A DNA stretch of 64,000 nt, taken from contig CP067995.1 of assembly GCA_045159875.1 (NCBI GenBank), forward strand, positions 2,880,001 to 2,944,000, read 5' to 3'. The translations under genes were made by a program, and so were the position numbers. The notes beneath the pieces are model-generated. The model was not told the DNA's origin and searched no databases. It worked only from the letters and a program-made list of their open reading frames with translations. Numbering within the stretch: the first letter of the stretch is position 1; every line of letters begins with the position of its first letter. The stretch is from a cyanobacterium endosymbiont of Rhopalodia gibba (lineage in GTDB: Bacteria; Cyanobacteriota; Cyanobacteriia; Cyanobacteriales; Microcystaceae). This document shows, piece after piece, positions 1 through 11,919 of this stretch.

Positions 1-222
1 TCAAGAGATAGTTTTAGAGCCTGACTCAAATAGAATATTAACGAATAAAAGTCTAGGTTTTGATTACTTCAAAACCTAAAGAATCAAAAGTTTTTGTATC
101 TAGAATTATTGGATTGTTAAAAATTAAAATAAAAGCAATATAAGTTAACAACTACTAGCTGTAACACTCAGTTTAAAAGAAATAAAGAAACCGTATAAAT
201 TTTTATTTTAAATTTTATTTAA

Positions 223-261
223 AGATAGGAATATTTTTGTCAAGCAAAAATATTCCTATCT
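223..261. repeat. Inverted repeat, 17-bp arms, 5-nt loop
   Basis: agataggaatatttttg-tcaag-caaaaatattcctatct. Confidence 0.9.
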
Positions 262-691
262 CAATACTGTTTAGTTAAGAGAAAAGATAATTAAGATCCG
301 CGTAATGTCAACAAAAATATAAGCCTAAAATATTTTTATGAATTTGGATAGTGAGTAAGCCTTGTCAAGGCTCAGTGAGAAATAGTAAATCTAAAAACAA
401 TTCAATTATTAGATAACCACTTTGATGTTAGTAAATTTTTAAAAACTAATGTAAGGTTTATTAAGCACTCTAGGATTACTAATATTCTGTATTAATAAAA
501 TTACTTTTAATATTACTTAAATTATTAATTAATTGAAAGATAAATAATTTTTTATACGTTATTTTTTAAGAATTAAAGATAATTTACTAAATAACTTTTA
601 AGTAGCAAAAATAGCGGAAAAACTCTATTTTTAAAAGAATAAATTGGCTTAAATTACTGCCATAAAGGTTATAAATAATAAATACTATTAC

Positions 692-742
692 TATCCAAAA
701 ACGATGTAAATTTATTAGATAAATTTACATCGTTTTTGGATA
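692..742. repeat. Inverted repeat, 24-bp perfect arms, 3-nt loop
   Basis: tatccaaaaacgatgtaaatttat-tag-ataaatttacatcgtttttggata. Confidence 0.95.
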
Positions 743-1298
743 TATTTTGTCAGCGTGCTATTCAAATTAATTTTTAATTATGAGAATATGTTTTCTGGCT
801 TTTAATGCTAAGACTATACTTTTTATAAAAAATATACTGTTTTTTATCTATTAAATCGGCAATTAAACGATCAACTCTCTTCTACTTTATATCTTAAATA
901 CTGTTCGAATTATTAGTTCAGATAAATGATTTATTGATTGAACTCTTTGTTCAGCTTCTGTTGTTAGTTAACTTATCAGTCTCCTCAAAAGAAAATGCCA
1001 CAAATATATTTTTTGGAGAATTTTACATAGTTTTTTCAAAAAAGCTACATTTGTCTAAATTAGCTAAAACCCTGCATTAATTAAAATGACAATTGCACTG
1101 ATAAAAAAATTTTTTTTTCTTATATAAATGTTATTGATAGTCTGGCTTATATAACAAATGTTATAATTAATTTTTAAAAAGGCTATCAATGATTTTAGAT
1201 GTCTGGCTATATTGAATAATTGGACTGATAATTATTAAATTCATAAGAAATCTTTAGATAAATAAATTTAAAATCCTCCTTTTTATATATCATTATGT

Positions 1299-1785
1299 TT
1301 GCGTAGTTTTTATTGTAACTTTTCTCTTGGTACTTCTGTAACTAAAAAAGCTAATCAAGGAAATGAATCTCGTGCTGACTACCTAGCTGATACTCTTGAG
1401 ATAGAGCAGGATAAAATAAAACTTATCGAAGAAAAAAAGAGAATATACACCTCCTGGTTGTTGTATGATGTGGTGTTCAGCCTGAAGGCAAAATTAAACC
1501 CTATTGGGCTGTAAACTACAGGCTACTAAAAGGACTTCTTCTACCCAGTCTGAGGAGTTACATGGAGGATATGAGCGTTTGGGAGTTGCAGGGGCTTTAG
1601 CTTATGCTGGAACCGTTATGTACATGAATAGTCGAACATAGCCTTATATTCTGTCTAGAAGTTTTGACTCTTTAGTTGGTCCGATGTCTATAGCTTTAAG
1701 AAAAAAGAACCTTATGACTAATTCGCATTCATATTAAGTGAACATTGACCCCCGGGCAGTCGTTCCTTATGTCTAAATGGATTAA
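1299..1785 (+). pseudogene. Unidentified degraded coding remnant
   Basis: Higher-GC, codon-like stretch with stop-broken frames (HGGYERLGVAGALAYAGTVMYMNSRT*...IDPRAVVPYV*). Family not recognised. Confidence 0.35.
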
Positions 1786-2216
1786 GGTAAAATTTTTAAA
1801 ACATTGACTTTTGCGTATTAAAATTTAAAATTCTACTTAACCTGTAATGTGCGACTAAATACTTGAAAAGGAGGGAACTGAAGACAGATTTTAACTTTTT
1901 AGTTTTTTGAGAGGACTAATAGTCCTCTCGGTATATTGTTTTCTCCATTCCTCTTTCATATGAGCTTTAATTGAGGTAGCACTTATTTTAACTCTGTTGA
2001 ACTCTACTATAATTGTAAGTTCATCCCCAAGAAAAATTGTAGTTAGAAAGTATCGTTTTCCAGTAATGTTCATGCATTTTTTCTAAGTCTTTAAGTTTTT
2101 AAAGTTCTTAATATCCTGATATTTTCTTAATTTCTTTTCCCAACTGTTTCTTGCTCTCGATTTCTAACTATCAGTTTACTATCCTAAGTTAACTAGCACT
2201 GTATATAACCAAAACT

Positions 2217-4301
2217 ATGAGCAACGCAAGTATAAACAATAACTCTTTACTCATTGGGGAAGGACTTCCCCCGTTTCATAAAATTCGGACTGATCAAATA
2301 GTTCTGGCTATAACCGAATTACTTGAAAACTTAGATACTCAATTAACTAACCTAGAAACTAATGTCACTCCCACTTGGGAAGGATTGGTGGAACCTTTAA
2401 CAGAAATTGAAGAACGGTTAAGGTGGAGTTGGGGAATTGTCGAACATTTAATGTCAGTCAAAAATAGTCAAGAATTGCGGAAGGCTTATGAAAAATCTCA
2501 ACCTTATGTTGTTCACTTTATCAATAAAATCAACCAAAGTCAGTTTTTGTATAAGGCATTTAAAGCTCTGCAAAACAGTGAGGGATGGAATACCCTAGGA
2601 TCTGCCCAGAAGCGTATTGTTGAGACAGCTATCCGTGAAGCAGAACTCGCTGGGGTAGGGTTAGAAGGAGAAAACCGAGAACGATTTAATCAAATCCAAT
2701 TAGAATTGGCAGAACTTTCTACTAAGTTTTCTAACAATGTTTTTGATGCAACCAAAGCATTCAGACTGAAATTAAAAACAAAAAAAGAAGTTGATGGTTT
2801 ACCTGCTAGTTTGCTGAATTTAGCTGCTCAAACAGCTAGATCTGAAGGTGAAGAAAATGCTACCCCAGAGACAGGACCTTGGGTTATTACACTTGATTAT
2901 CCTAGTTATGTCCCTTTTTTAAAAAAAAGTAGCAAACGAGACTTACGAGAAAAAGTTTATAAAGCTTTTTTAACTCGCGCTTCTAAAGGAAATTTAGATA
3001 ACAATCCCTTAATAGAACAGATTTTAGAATTACGCAGAGAAAAAGCTCAATTATTAGGCTACAATACTTATGCTGAAATCAGTTTAGCCCGCAAAATGGC
3101 TCCCGATGTAGAAACAGTTGAAAAACTTCTTGAAGAACTACGTCAAGTTAGTTATAAAGCTGCAGTTCAGGACTTAAAAACTTTAAAAACTTTCGCTCAA
3201 ACTGATAACTTAAAACACTGGGATATTAGTTTTTGGGCAGAAAAACAACGGGAAATGAAGTTTGATTTTACTGCCGAAGAATTGCGCCCTTATTTTCCTT
3301 TCCCTCAAGTATTAGAGGGCTTATTTACTCTAGCACAACGGCTCTTCCAGGTAACCATAACTCCTGCTGATGGTCAAGCCTCTGTATGGCACAAAGAGGT
3401 TCGTTATTTCCAGGTTAGCAATGAATCAGGAGAAACGATTGCCTATTTTTATCTTGACCCCTACAGTCGTCCACTAGAAAAACGAGAAGGGGCCTGGATG
3501 AATAATTGTATCAGCCGGGCAAAAATTAAAACAGACGGAAGATTTTATACTCGTTTACCTATCGCTTATCTTATCTGTAATCAAACCCCTCCTGTGGGGA
3601 AAGAACCTAGTTTAATGACCTTTGATGAAGTCCCTATTTTGTTCCATGAATTTGGTCACGGACTTCAACACATGTTAACTCAAGTAGATTATCCAGGGGC
3701 ATCAGGAATTAATAATATTGAATGGGATGCCGTAGAATTACCTAGTCAATTTATGGAAAATTGGTGTTATGATCGCCATACTTTATTTGACCTAGCTAAA
3801 CATTATAAAACAGGGGAAACTTTACCCGAACATTACTACCAAAAACTAGTAGCTGCACGTAATCATATGAGTGGTTTGTCCATGTTACGTCAGTTGCACT
3901 TTAGTTTTTTGGACTTAGAATTACACTATCGTTATAACCACCACAAAAAAGAAACTCCCTCTCAAGTATGTGATCGAATTTCCCAAAAAACAATGGTAAT
4001 GAACCCATTACCAGAAGACTCATTTTTATGTACTTTTTGTCATATTTTTTCAGGAAGCTATGCAGCTGGTTACTACAGTTATAAATGGGCAGAAATATTA
4101 AGCGCAGATGCTTTTGCTGCTTTTGAAGAAGTAGGTTTAGAAAATTATCAAGCTATTGTAAAAGTAGGTCAAAAATTTCGGGATACGGTATTAGCGTTGG
4201 GAGGTAGTGTTCACCCAATGGAAGTATTTAAAACTTTTCGAGGAAGAAACTCTAAAACTGAATCTTTACTAAAACATCGTGGCTTATTACAGTATTTGTA
4301 A
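2217..4301 (+). CDS. prlC: Oligopeptidase A (M3 family metallopeptidase)
   Basis: 694 aa; HEFGH zinc motif, WDAVELPSQFMENW, YAAGYYSYKWAE. Confidence 0.95.
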   Translation: MSNASINNNSLLIGEGLPPFHKIRTDQIVLAITELLENLDTQLTNLETNVTPTWEGLVEPLTEIEERLRWSWGIVEHLMSVKNSQELRKAYEKSQPYVVHFINKINQSQFLYKAFKALQNSEGWNTLGSAQKRIVETAIREAELAGVGLEGENRERFNQIQLELAELSTKFSNNVFDATKAFRLKLKTKKEVDGLPASLLNLAAQTARSEGEENATPETGPWVITLDYPSYVPFLKKSSKRDLREKVYKAFLTRASKGNLDNNPLIEQILELRREKAQLLGYNTYAEISLARKMAPDVETVEKLLEELRQVSYKAAVQDLKTLKTFAQTDNLKHWDISFWAEKQREMKFDFTAEELRPYFPFPQVLEGLFTLAQRLFQVTITPADGQASVWHKEVRYFQVSNESGETIAYFYLDPYSRPLEKREGAWMNNCISRAKIKTDGRFYTRLPIAYLICNQTPPVGKEPSLMTFDEVPILFHEFGHGLQHMLTQVDYPGASGINNIEWDAVELPSQFMENWCYDRHTLFDLAKHYKTGETLPEHYYQKLVAARNHMSGLSMLRQLHFSFLDLELHYRYNHHKKETPSQVCDRISQKTMVMNPLPEDSFLCTFCHIFSGSYAAGYYSYKWAEILSADAFAAFEEVGLENYQAIVKVGQKFRDTVLALGGSVHPMEVFKTFRGRNSKTESLLKHRGLLQYL

Positions 4302-4370
4302 CAGTACAATTTGTGTTTTTTTTATTAAAACTTAAAAATAAACAACTGTTGACTCCAGAGTTATCCTAAC

Positions 4371-4396
4371 TCAGAAATCTCTTTCTAGATTTCTGA
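4371..4396 (+). terminator. Possible terminator hairpin downstream of prlC
   Basis: tcagaaatct-ctttct-agatttctga, about 70 nt after the stop. Confidence 0.4.
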
Positions 4397-4428
4397 TAGT
4401 TTGCTATTTTTAAACGTGAGTTTGACGA

Positions 4429-5080
4429 AAATTTATGGAGAGAAATAAAAACAATATATTTACACCAGAAGTAGTATTTATTGAGGTCTAGTATCATAGA
4501 TATAAAATCTGTTTTCAATCTCACTGAAGCATTTTGTAATCTAGAACGCTTTCGTTAAATATTTGAACAGCATTCTCATTACGTTCTTCAATTGAAAAAT
4601 TGACAGCGCATATTAGAGAAAGAAGATATTGTTCTCGTTTAAAAATAAGTGAAACTATGACTTTGAGGACCCAGGATATATTGTTCAGCAATTCTTTGAT
4701 ATGAAACTATTTTAGAACCCGGCTATTTTAAGTTTAAGAAATTCGAAAATTCAAAATAAATTTTACTTAAAAAAGTGGCTTTTTCTTTGGACATTGTAGC
4801 AAGTAGAAAAATGAATTTAATAAAACTATTTGAGTTCCCCCGTCGGTCTATTTTTACTGTCGCTAAAAGAAAAGGAATAGAACACCCTATTTTAATTTTA
4901 CAGTATCTTGTTTTGATTATTTGGGAAAAATAGTAAAAGGTACAAGAGAAAACCCAAGTAAAGCTTTAGAGTTTTTACTTTTCGGTGAACTCGAAGCAGT
5001 GTATTTTTTACTTTGTGCCTCCTGTTTTACCTCTGACTGTATTATTTAAACTTATCAATAAAAAGAGTCTTTAGGGTAAG
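4429..5080 (+). pseudogene. Unidentified pseudogene whose 5' end is paralogous to 18881-18960 (-)
   Basis: Broken frames (YLLRSSIIDIKSVFNLTEAFCNLERFR*IFEQHSHYVLQLKN*; YDFEDPGYIVQQFFD). 4467-4510 matches the reverse complement of 18881-18924 at 39/44 nt. Confidence 0.4.
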
Positions 5081-5199
5081 AGCTTACCTCCTGAAACTAT
5101 TTAATTTTTAGATAATTAGTTTCATTTAGATAGATTGAAGCAAAGAAACCACAAAATATCAGTTGCATTAAAAAATCAAGCAATACTCTATAGATTCGA

Positions 5200-6030
5200 T
5201 TATTTAAAGCGTATAAAATGATTAAGTTTAAGACTAATTAAAAAAATTAACAACTAGTAGAATATTTTCCAGTTAATTATAGTTTTGCTAATCGTCTTTT
5301 TCGATGTCATGAAATAATAAAAAACATAAAAATACTCCCTTATCTCCGGAAAAAATTTCCCTAAATTAAGACAGAAAAACTACTAGAAACAATACTACTC
5401 TACCCCTACTAAGGTTAACACTTACTTAGGCAACAAAATGAGTGTTATAATTAATAATTACATTATATGTTGTTTAGTCTAAAAACTTAAGTTACCCTCA
5501 CGAAAAGACTTCATGTCTTGATACTTTACACAGATGAAGTATTGAGCGTTACTCAGATAGCTCAAACTTTCAAACCTAGTTGTTATAGATAAAACTGTAG
5601 TTTATCCAGCTGTTCTTGTCACTATGCCAAAGAAAATAAAGTCAAATATATCACGTTAATTGGAGCGCTTGCTACATCAGGTTTTCTGGCTGTTTTAACT
5701 TATGTTACAGAAGTATTTATATCACAATTGTGGCTAGTAAAAGCTTGTGTCGTTACGGATAGTTTATAAACTCATAAATCAATAAAAACTAGAGAAATAG
5801 TAAAATCTTTAGAAGCAGAAGTTATGTTTCATTTCCTCATTTTTTTAATTTCAATTAAATTTAAAATTACTGGTTAAAAATTAAATAATTTTCACAAATT
5901 TAAAAATTTTGAAATTCTAGAGAACTCAATCAGGCTATCAATGAAGTGATTGATTCAGTAACCGATGAAGATACAATTGGCTAGTTTGTCTACTGCTGTT
6001 GTTATGAGCTACGTAACTGAGACCCTTTGC
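5200..6030 (+). mobile_element. Degraded IS630-family transposase
   Basis: Fragments FPVNYSFANRLFR, NLVVIDKTV (cf. LVFIDETG), ITLIGALATSGFLA, ACVVTDSL*THK (cf. VVMDNLxxHK), NYWLKIK, ELNQAINEVIDSVTDEDTIG*FVYCCCY; many stops and frameshifts. Confidence 0.85.
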
Positions 6031-6239
6031 AATAATAGAACTACAAATATAAAATAAAATTGTAGATAATCAAAGAGTTGAAAATATCTCGCTAGATATC
6101 TTTAATATTGTCTCAGGCATTAGTTTATTATAAATGACCATTAGTTCTAGATTGAATAATGTTGCTTTGGTTGATATTCCAGTTTTCATTGTTCCTCCCT
6201 GCGAATAGTAAGTCGTGGGTAACTAAAAATTAAAAATAA

Positions 6240-6620
6240 TCTAAAGTTAACAAGAGATAGACACACAATTAAATGAATGAAGTCAGAACTTTGGTAAACA
6301 TAATATTTTTAAAAAATTATTGACGAGTCACATAATGTTGAAAGTTTATCTCATGCAATTGACATCAATTCTAATAAAATTAATGCTCATCATAAATAGA
6401 GATTTAGTTGATAAAAGTTGGGAGATAAATAAACAGCTATTGAAAATTATACTGAAGTTTTACATATTTATTCTAGTTATGTTAAAGTTTACTCTTATCA
6501 AGATATTATTCTAGCAAGGTTAGGGAACTATAAACAAGCGGAAAAATTTAGATCTATCCACCAAATACGACTTTAAGCAAGACGATTTTAAGGGTTATTG
6601 TAAAGCCATAAATATTAACA
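6240..6620 (+). pseudogene. TPR-repeat protein remnant
   Basis: LSHAIDINSNKINAHH..KLGDK*TAIENYTEVLHIYSSYVKVYSYQDIILARLGNYKQA matches the TPR consensus, with stops. Confidence 0.65.
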
Positions 6621-7019
6621 ATTAATTATTATAATAATAGTTCTTTTTTTTAAAAAAATAGATAGCTTTGGACTCATTTATTGATTGTTATGAACAGTAA
6701 AAAATAGACAATAATGAAGTAAATATTAAACTTATTAAAGTGATTTTTATTGTATTTTTTTTATTTAAAAATTAATTTTAAAGTGTTACTTATGAACTAA
6801 AATTATGTGATTGTTTTTCGCAATTTTAGGAAATAAATAGTATTCAATGTAATCAATTTTTTAAAAAATTAACTTGTTAGTTATGGACTTTTTAAAAGTT
6901 TATCAGAGAAGTTATTTGAAGGCTATTTTTCGTTTATTCAAAATAATATTCTATTTTTTCAAACCTATTGCGTAAAAATTAAAAATACATAAATAAAGTT
7001 TAATTATGCTTTTAATGAG

Positions 7020-8200
7020 CCTAATTATATAGGCAATATAGTAGCGTATTTTAGATTTTAATTAAATTAAAGTCCGATCAAGGTTCTTGCTTTGTTTGTA
7101 TTTTAAATATCAAATCAGACACAAATAACTCCAACAACAACTTGTGTATATTATACTTCAACTATCAGTAAACTTTATCAAAATAAAAAATTCACTATTA
7201 AAGATTCGTCGTGAGCAGAGAAAACGGTCTATCTCAAGATAGATCATCGTCACCTGAAATTTAATTAATGTCAATAACATTAGCAGAATGATTAGGCTAA
7301 CTTAAAAAGAAAATAACATATCCTGAAAGATTAAAAATAAGAATGTAGCTAAAAGGAATGGAGTGAGCGAAAAAAAATAAAAACAATATCTAAGGATTTA
7401 AATTAAGCATTACAAATGTAAAAAGTTAAGACACTAAAACGGTCAACAACTGATAGAATCACTATCCATTAAAAACAGAGAAATAAATTATTATATAGTG
7501 TTAGTATTTTTAGGTAAAATAGTTGCCGTAGAAATTATAAAAAGAAGAATTTATTGAAAAGAAGTAAAATAAGTTGACACCAAGATTAAAGAAGTTAGTC
7601 TAGATTTTTTCAAAAACTCAATATTGTAAATGAATTAATGCCATAAACTGAAGTAGTAACGGATAGATTTTAATCCTATTGAACAAGTTAATACTAAGCT
7701 AAGCGATTTTAAAAAATTTTCACGAAAAAGTCCGAATATATTAAAAATTATGTTAAATTTAAATAAAAAAAAATATATTTTATTAAAAAGTAATAACATT
7801 TAAGAGAAAAAACACAAGTAGAAGTAAACTAGGTATATAAAACTTTATCAATTAAGATAAAAAATAAATTTTTTTCGAAAAATCTAGATTAGGTATCAGA
7901 TTTATTTAAATTAGCTGATTGGCATTAAAAATATTATTTTTTATCTTAAAAAGTTATTGAATAGTTAGTCAGAATATTCAAATTTAAAAATTAGTTAGCA
8001 CAATTAATGAAGTAAGAACTATCAAAGTTTACTCACGATTTAAAAAAATATTTAGAACAAAAATAAGAGCAGAAATATTTTCTTTAAATATCAAACAATG
8101 AAAAGCAAAATGAATTGAAAATTGGGAAAATTTATTACATAATATAAAAAGTTAAAAAATAAAAAAGAAAGGCAATATCGATTTAACTGTAATTGCTTAA
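7020..8200 (+). mobile_element. Degraded ISL3-family transposase
   Basis: LYQNKKFTIKDSS*AEKTVYLKIDHRHLKF, NVAKRNGVSE, IKEVSLDF, IVNELMP*TEVVTDRF, IEQVNTKL. Confidence 0.8.
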
Positions 8201-8609
8201 ATGTAAAAATGCACAATTATTTTTTTAAAGTTTGTTTAAATTTACTTGAGCTATGTTGTCCGTGGAGGAATCTGTAGTGGTTTAAATTAATTTGCTAACT
8301 CTTAATTTTAAAGCAGTGAGAGTTCGTCACAACGCTGTCTGGCTCCAACTACCGTTCCAGAAATCCCTGAATGCAAAGTGGATGTGGAAAAGTCAAAGGT
8401 TTATTTTATGACCAAAATTTGGGACTTTTGGGTTTCTTTTCTGGATGTTGCTCCTCAACTCCAGAGCTTTTAGTTAAAGTTTTTTTTGTAAAGCAGACCT
8501 GTCTGAACTGGCTATAACTAAGCTATTGACTATCTATGTATAAGTTATTCTCAAGTAGACGTCATTCCTATTTCTCCTTTCTGAGTGAATTATTCTACTT
8601 CTACTTACT

Positions 8610-8643
8610 ACTGAGTCGTTTGATCAACTGAGTCGTTTGATCA
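8610..8643. repeat. 17-bp perfect tandem duplication
   Basis: actgagtcgtttgatca x2. Confidence 0.9.
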
Positions 8644-8750
8644 TTTGCTCAAAGGAAGGAAACAGTTAACAGTAAATGCTTTCAAGGATTAGAAATGTTC
8701 TAAGATATGGGGCTATTTATTATGATATCCGAAGAAATTTTTTTTAGGGG

Positions 8751-8780
8751 TTGACAAATGCCAGTTAATTTAGTTATATT
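8751..8780 (+). promoter_or_regulatory. Sigma70-type promoter of tRNA-Asp
   Basis: TTGACA-N18-TATATT ending 19 nt upstream of the tRNA. Confidence 0.7.
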
Positions 8781-8799
8781 TGTAAACGGTTTGAAGAAT

Positions 8800-8873
8800 G
8801 GGACTGTAGTTCAATTGGTTAGAGCACCGCCCTGTCACGGCGGAAGTTGCGGGTTCGAGCCCCGTCAGTCCCG
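8800..8873 (+). tRNA. trnD: tRNA-Asp(GTC)
   Basis: gggactg/cagtccc acceptor stem, anticodon loop ctGTCac, T-loop gggttcgagccc; CCA not encoded. Confidence 0.97.
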
Positions 8874-10686
8874 TACAAATAAAACTGATTTAAAGAAAAC
8901 CGTCGGCGATTTGACACTTTGTTGTTGCTTCTAGGTACATAGTTGAGGGGGGAGATTCTTCCCGACGAATTGCGTGGGTGTATAGCGTAGATTTTCCTAG
9001 CTTACAATTAAGATTTTACTGCTTCAGTAGTCTTTTCTAGATAGAAAATGTTGCTATTCATCTACTCTTGTTCGGATACTTCGCCGGGTCAGGACTAAAG
9101 ATTATCTATGGCTTATAATGTATATGTATCATTTTTAACTACTAGAAAGACTGTTTTGAGCTTCTTAAGATTGTTGATTATCTGGCACAACTTAAACTTA
9201 GGTAGTCCCCACTACTGGCTAAAGCGGGCGGGGCTTGTACCTTTATTTTAGCCCGTTTCTAGGGGTCGATTGACTATCCTCTGTTAGTCTTCCTAGCTTC
9301 ATTGTTAAGCCCTTACTTGGCTTTAATTTAAATGCTAAAACATTGCGGATATTCCCTACAATTGGATACATTATACTTAATGTATAGCGCTGAGTTTTCC
9401 AGGTGGGAGCTAACTTCATTTAAGTCTTAATTATCTTTGCAAAATAAAATCGAACAACATCGTTTTTAAAATACTTTTCAGCACTTTAACTTTCCTTAAT
9501 TAGTTTTAATAAGCGATTGTTTAATTTTTTATTTATATCTGTAAATTTTTAGTAATTACTATTTACAAATAAGATTTCTATTATATAAAAAATTTTTTTT
9601 AAAAGAAACTAATTATTTCCTCTCGTATAATTTGGACAGAGACATTAAGCTAAAATTTTTGACAACATCAGTTAAAAATGTTTGCCTCTATTTAAGAATA
9701 CTATCTTTTTTTTATTGTATTTCTAACCTAGAAAAGAATTTATATTTCTATATATATAACTAATGAATTAACTTTAGTTAATCTTTTTAAGAAGTTTTTA
9801 ATGACTATCTTATCAATATCTAACTCTCAAGCTAATAAGGTAAATTACTTATTTAAGTATTGAATAAATTAACAGGTTCATAAGTTCCTCTTGGCTAGAA
9901 ATAATTTACCTTATCATGAGTAATTTTTGAATTGTTTTTAATAAACAATTCCAGTCTGAATATTGGGATTCAGCAAAACATATAAGCATAGAGGGATAAA
10001 TGATACTCAGCCATTGATTTCTTCATAAAAGTTACGATAACTCCCATTTATTTGATCAGTTTTCTGCTCTTTATTTTTGGTAATAGCTTTATGTTTTCAG
10101 GCAGCTTATATTTAAGTTTATCTGTAAATGCGTAATTTCTAGCACATAGGATAGTCAATCGAATTCTATTTCAAAACTAAAAATCCTTTTTTAGAAGACG
10201 TAGGATTTTTATCCTCTCACGGCAACATAGTTTTCTATCTTGCTTAATACAAATTTACCCACTGATTCTAGCTACTAACTAACTTCATTATCTGATACTA
10301 TACTCAATAGTATTACAAGAATAGAAGATGCCACAGACTTATCAGTAAATTTTAGCTTGGCAGCTATTGATTATAACGACACAAACAAAAAACTGACGCT
10401 ATTCAAACTGCTTTATTATCTAATAATTTTGTTCAATCAAACAAAATACTATCCCAATTTTTAATTCCTGAACAAAGAATAGTTCAGGAGTTGCTTTAGC
10501 CTTTGTTTAGAATCTCTAAGGGTAAATTAGCAAAACAAGAGCTAAATTCGATTATAAAAATAACTAGATTTGTAAAAATAAACATTATTGAGATTTGCTT
10601 ATAAATTTTTAATTATTGTTTAATATTTAAATATAATATTTACTCCTTAAAAGTACAGAAAATCTGTTTCCTTGAAGGAGTAAACA

Positions 10687-11292
10687 TCATCTAAAAAATC
10701 TATTTTTTAGATAAAAGTCAACCTGCTGATAGAGTATATCTAGAGTCAAAGAATTATCTAAAACCACATCAGCTAAAGTTACTTTTTCTTCTAAAGAAAT
10801 CTGACTTTTTATTCTTTTTATAGCCTGTTCTTGAGTTATTTTATTATTTTTTATGAGTCGCTTAATTTGTTCTTCATAAGAACAGTAAACAACCCAAGTT
10901 TCTGTCACTAAAGTAGTTAACTTAACCTCAAAAAGTAGAGGAATGGATAAAATTATGATTGAAGATTTTAATCTACTTATTTCTTGCTTCAACTTATTCC
11001 TGACAAAAGGATGAATTTTACTTTCTAACCACTGTCTTTCCTCTAAATTATTAAAAATAATATCTCCTAATATCTGACGATTTAAGTGTCCATCGGGTAA
11101 CTGAATCAATTGGCCATAGCGAATAAAAATTTCTTGCAAGGTCGGGGAATTTGGTTGAACAGCTTCTCTAGCATAAATATCAGCATCTAAAATAGGGATT
11201 TGATAAATCTTATTAACGTAATTAGAAACTGTAGTTTTTCCTGTGGCAATTCCTCCAGTTAACCCAATAATTCTTTGTGAGTTCGTACTCAT
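10687..11292 (-). CDS. coaE: Dephospho-CoA kinase
   Basis: IIGLTGGIATGKTTV, DADIYAR, IHPFV, IPLLFE. Confidence 0.95.
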   Translation of the reverse strand: MSTNSQRIIGLTGGIATGKTTVSNYVNKIYQIPILDADIYAREAVQPNSPTLQEIFIRYGQLIQLPDGHLNRQILGDIIFNNLEERQWLESKIHPFVRNKLKQEISRLKSSIIILSIPLLFEVKLTTLVTETWVVYCSYEEQIKRLIKNNKITQEQAIKRIKSQISLEEKVTLADVVLDNSLTLDILYQQVDFYLKNRFFR

Positions 11293-11360
11293 TTCCTATC
11301 CCTATATTTTTAGCAGTTTTAATGTTACAGGCAAGTCTATCTTGTATGTTTTTAGGATAA

Positions 11361-11813
11361 ATGTTAGATATCCTAGAAAAAGAGAATCTTAGTCAGAAAG
11401 AATTTATGAATTTATCAATTTGTCCTAAATGTGAGGGAAATTTAGAAAAAGTTACTTATGAAAAGATCGAAGTAAATCGATGTTGTCAATGTCGGGGAAT
11501 TTGGTTGGACTCTTTAAAAGTCGAACAGCTAAAAAATATTAGAGGTTCTGAGACTATAGATCTAGGAAATTTTCAAAAGGAGAGTCCATCAGAATCATTA
11601 CAAAAAAAAGTAAATTGTCCCCGATGTCAAGTACCAATGCTCAAAATATTTGATTTTGACGAATATCCCCTTTGGTATGAAACTTGTTTAGAATGCCATG
11701 GTCTTTGGTTTGATGCAGGGGAGTTCCAACAATTTAAACAAAATTTTCAACATAAAGGATATTTAGCTCGAGCTATGAAAATCTTACGCTTTAAAAAAAA
11801 TATGCTACCATAA
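11361..11813 (+). CDS. Tandem zf-TFIIB-type zinc-ribbon protein
   Basis: CPKC..CCQCRGIWLD and CPRC..CLECHGLWFDAGE; alternative start at 11406. Confidence 0.8.
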   Translation: MLDILEKENLSQKEFMNLSICPKCEGNLEKVTYEKIEVNRCCQCRGIWLDSLKVEQLKNIRGSETIDLGNFQKESPSESLQKKVNCPRCQVPMLKIFDFDEYPLWYETCLECHGLWFDAGEFQQFKQNFQHKGYLARAMKILRFKKNMLP

Positions 11814-11919
11814 ATGGTGGGGAAAGTGGTGTCTTGCAACACTGTCGGCTGTGGGGTGTGCTATCAGCACTGGTAGGGCTCAACAGGGTATTGGCAACTT
11901 CGGGTGATTTAGATTAATT

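Noticed and set aside
6320..6514. 64-aa ORF
   Set aside because: Off-frame reading of the TPR remnant.
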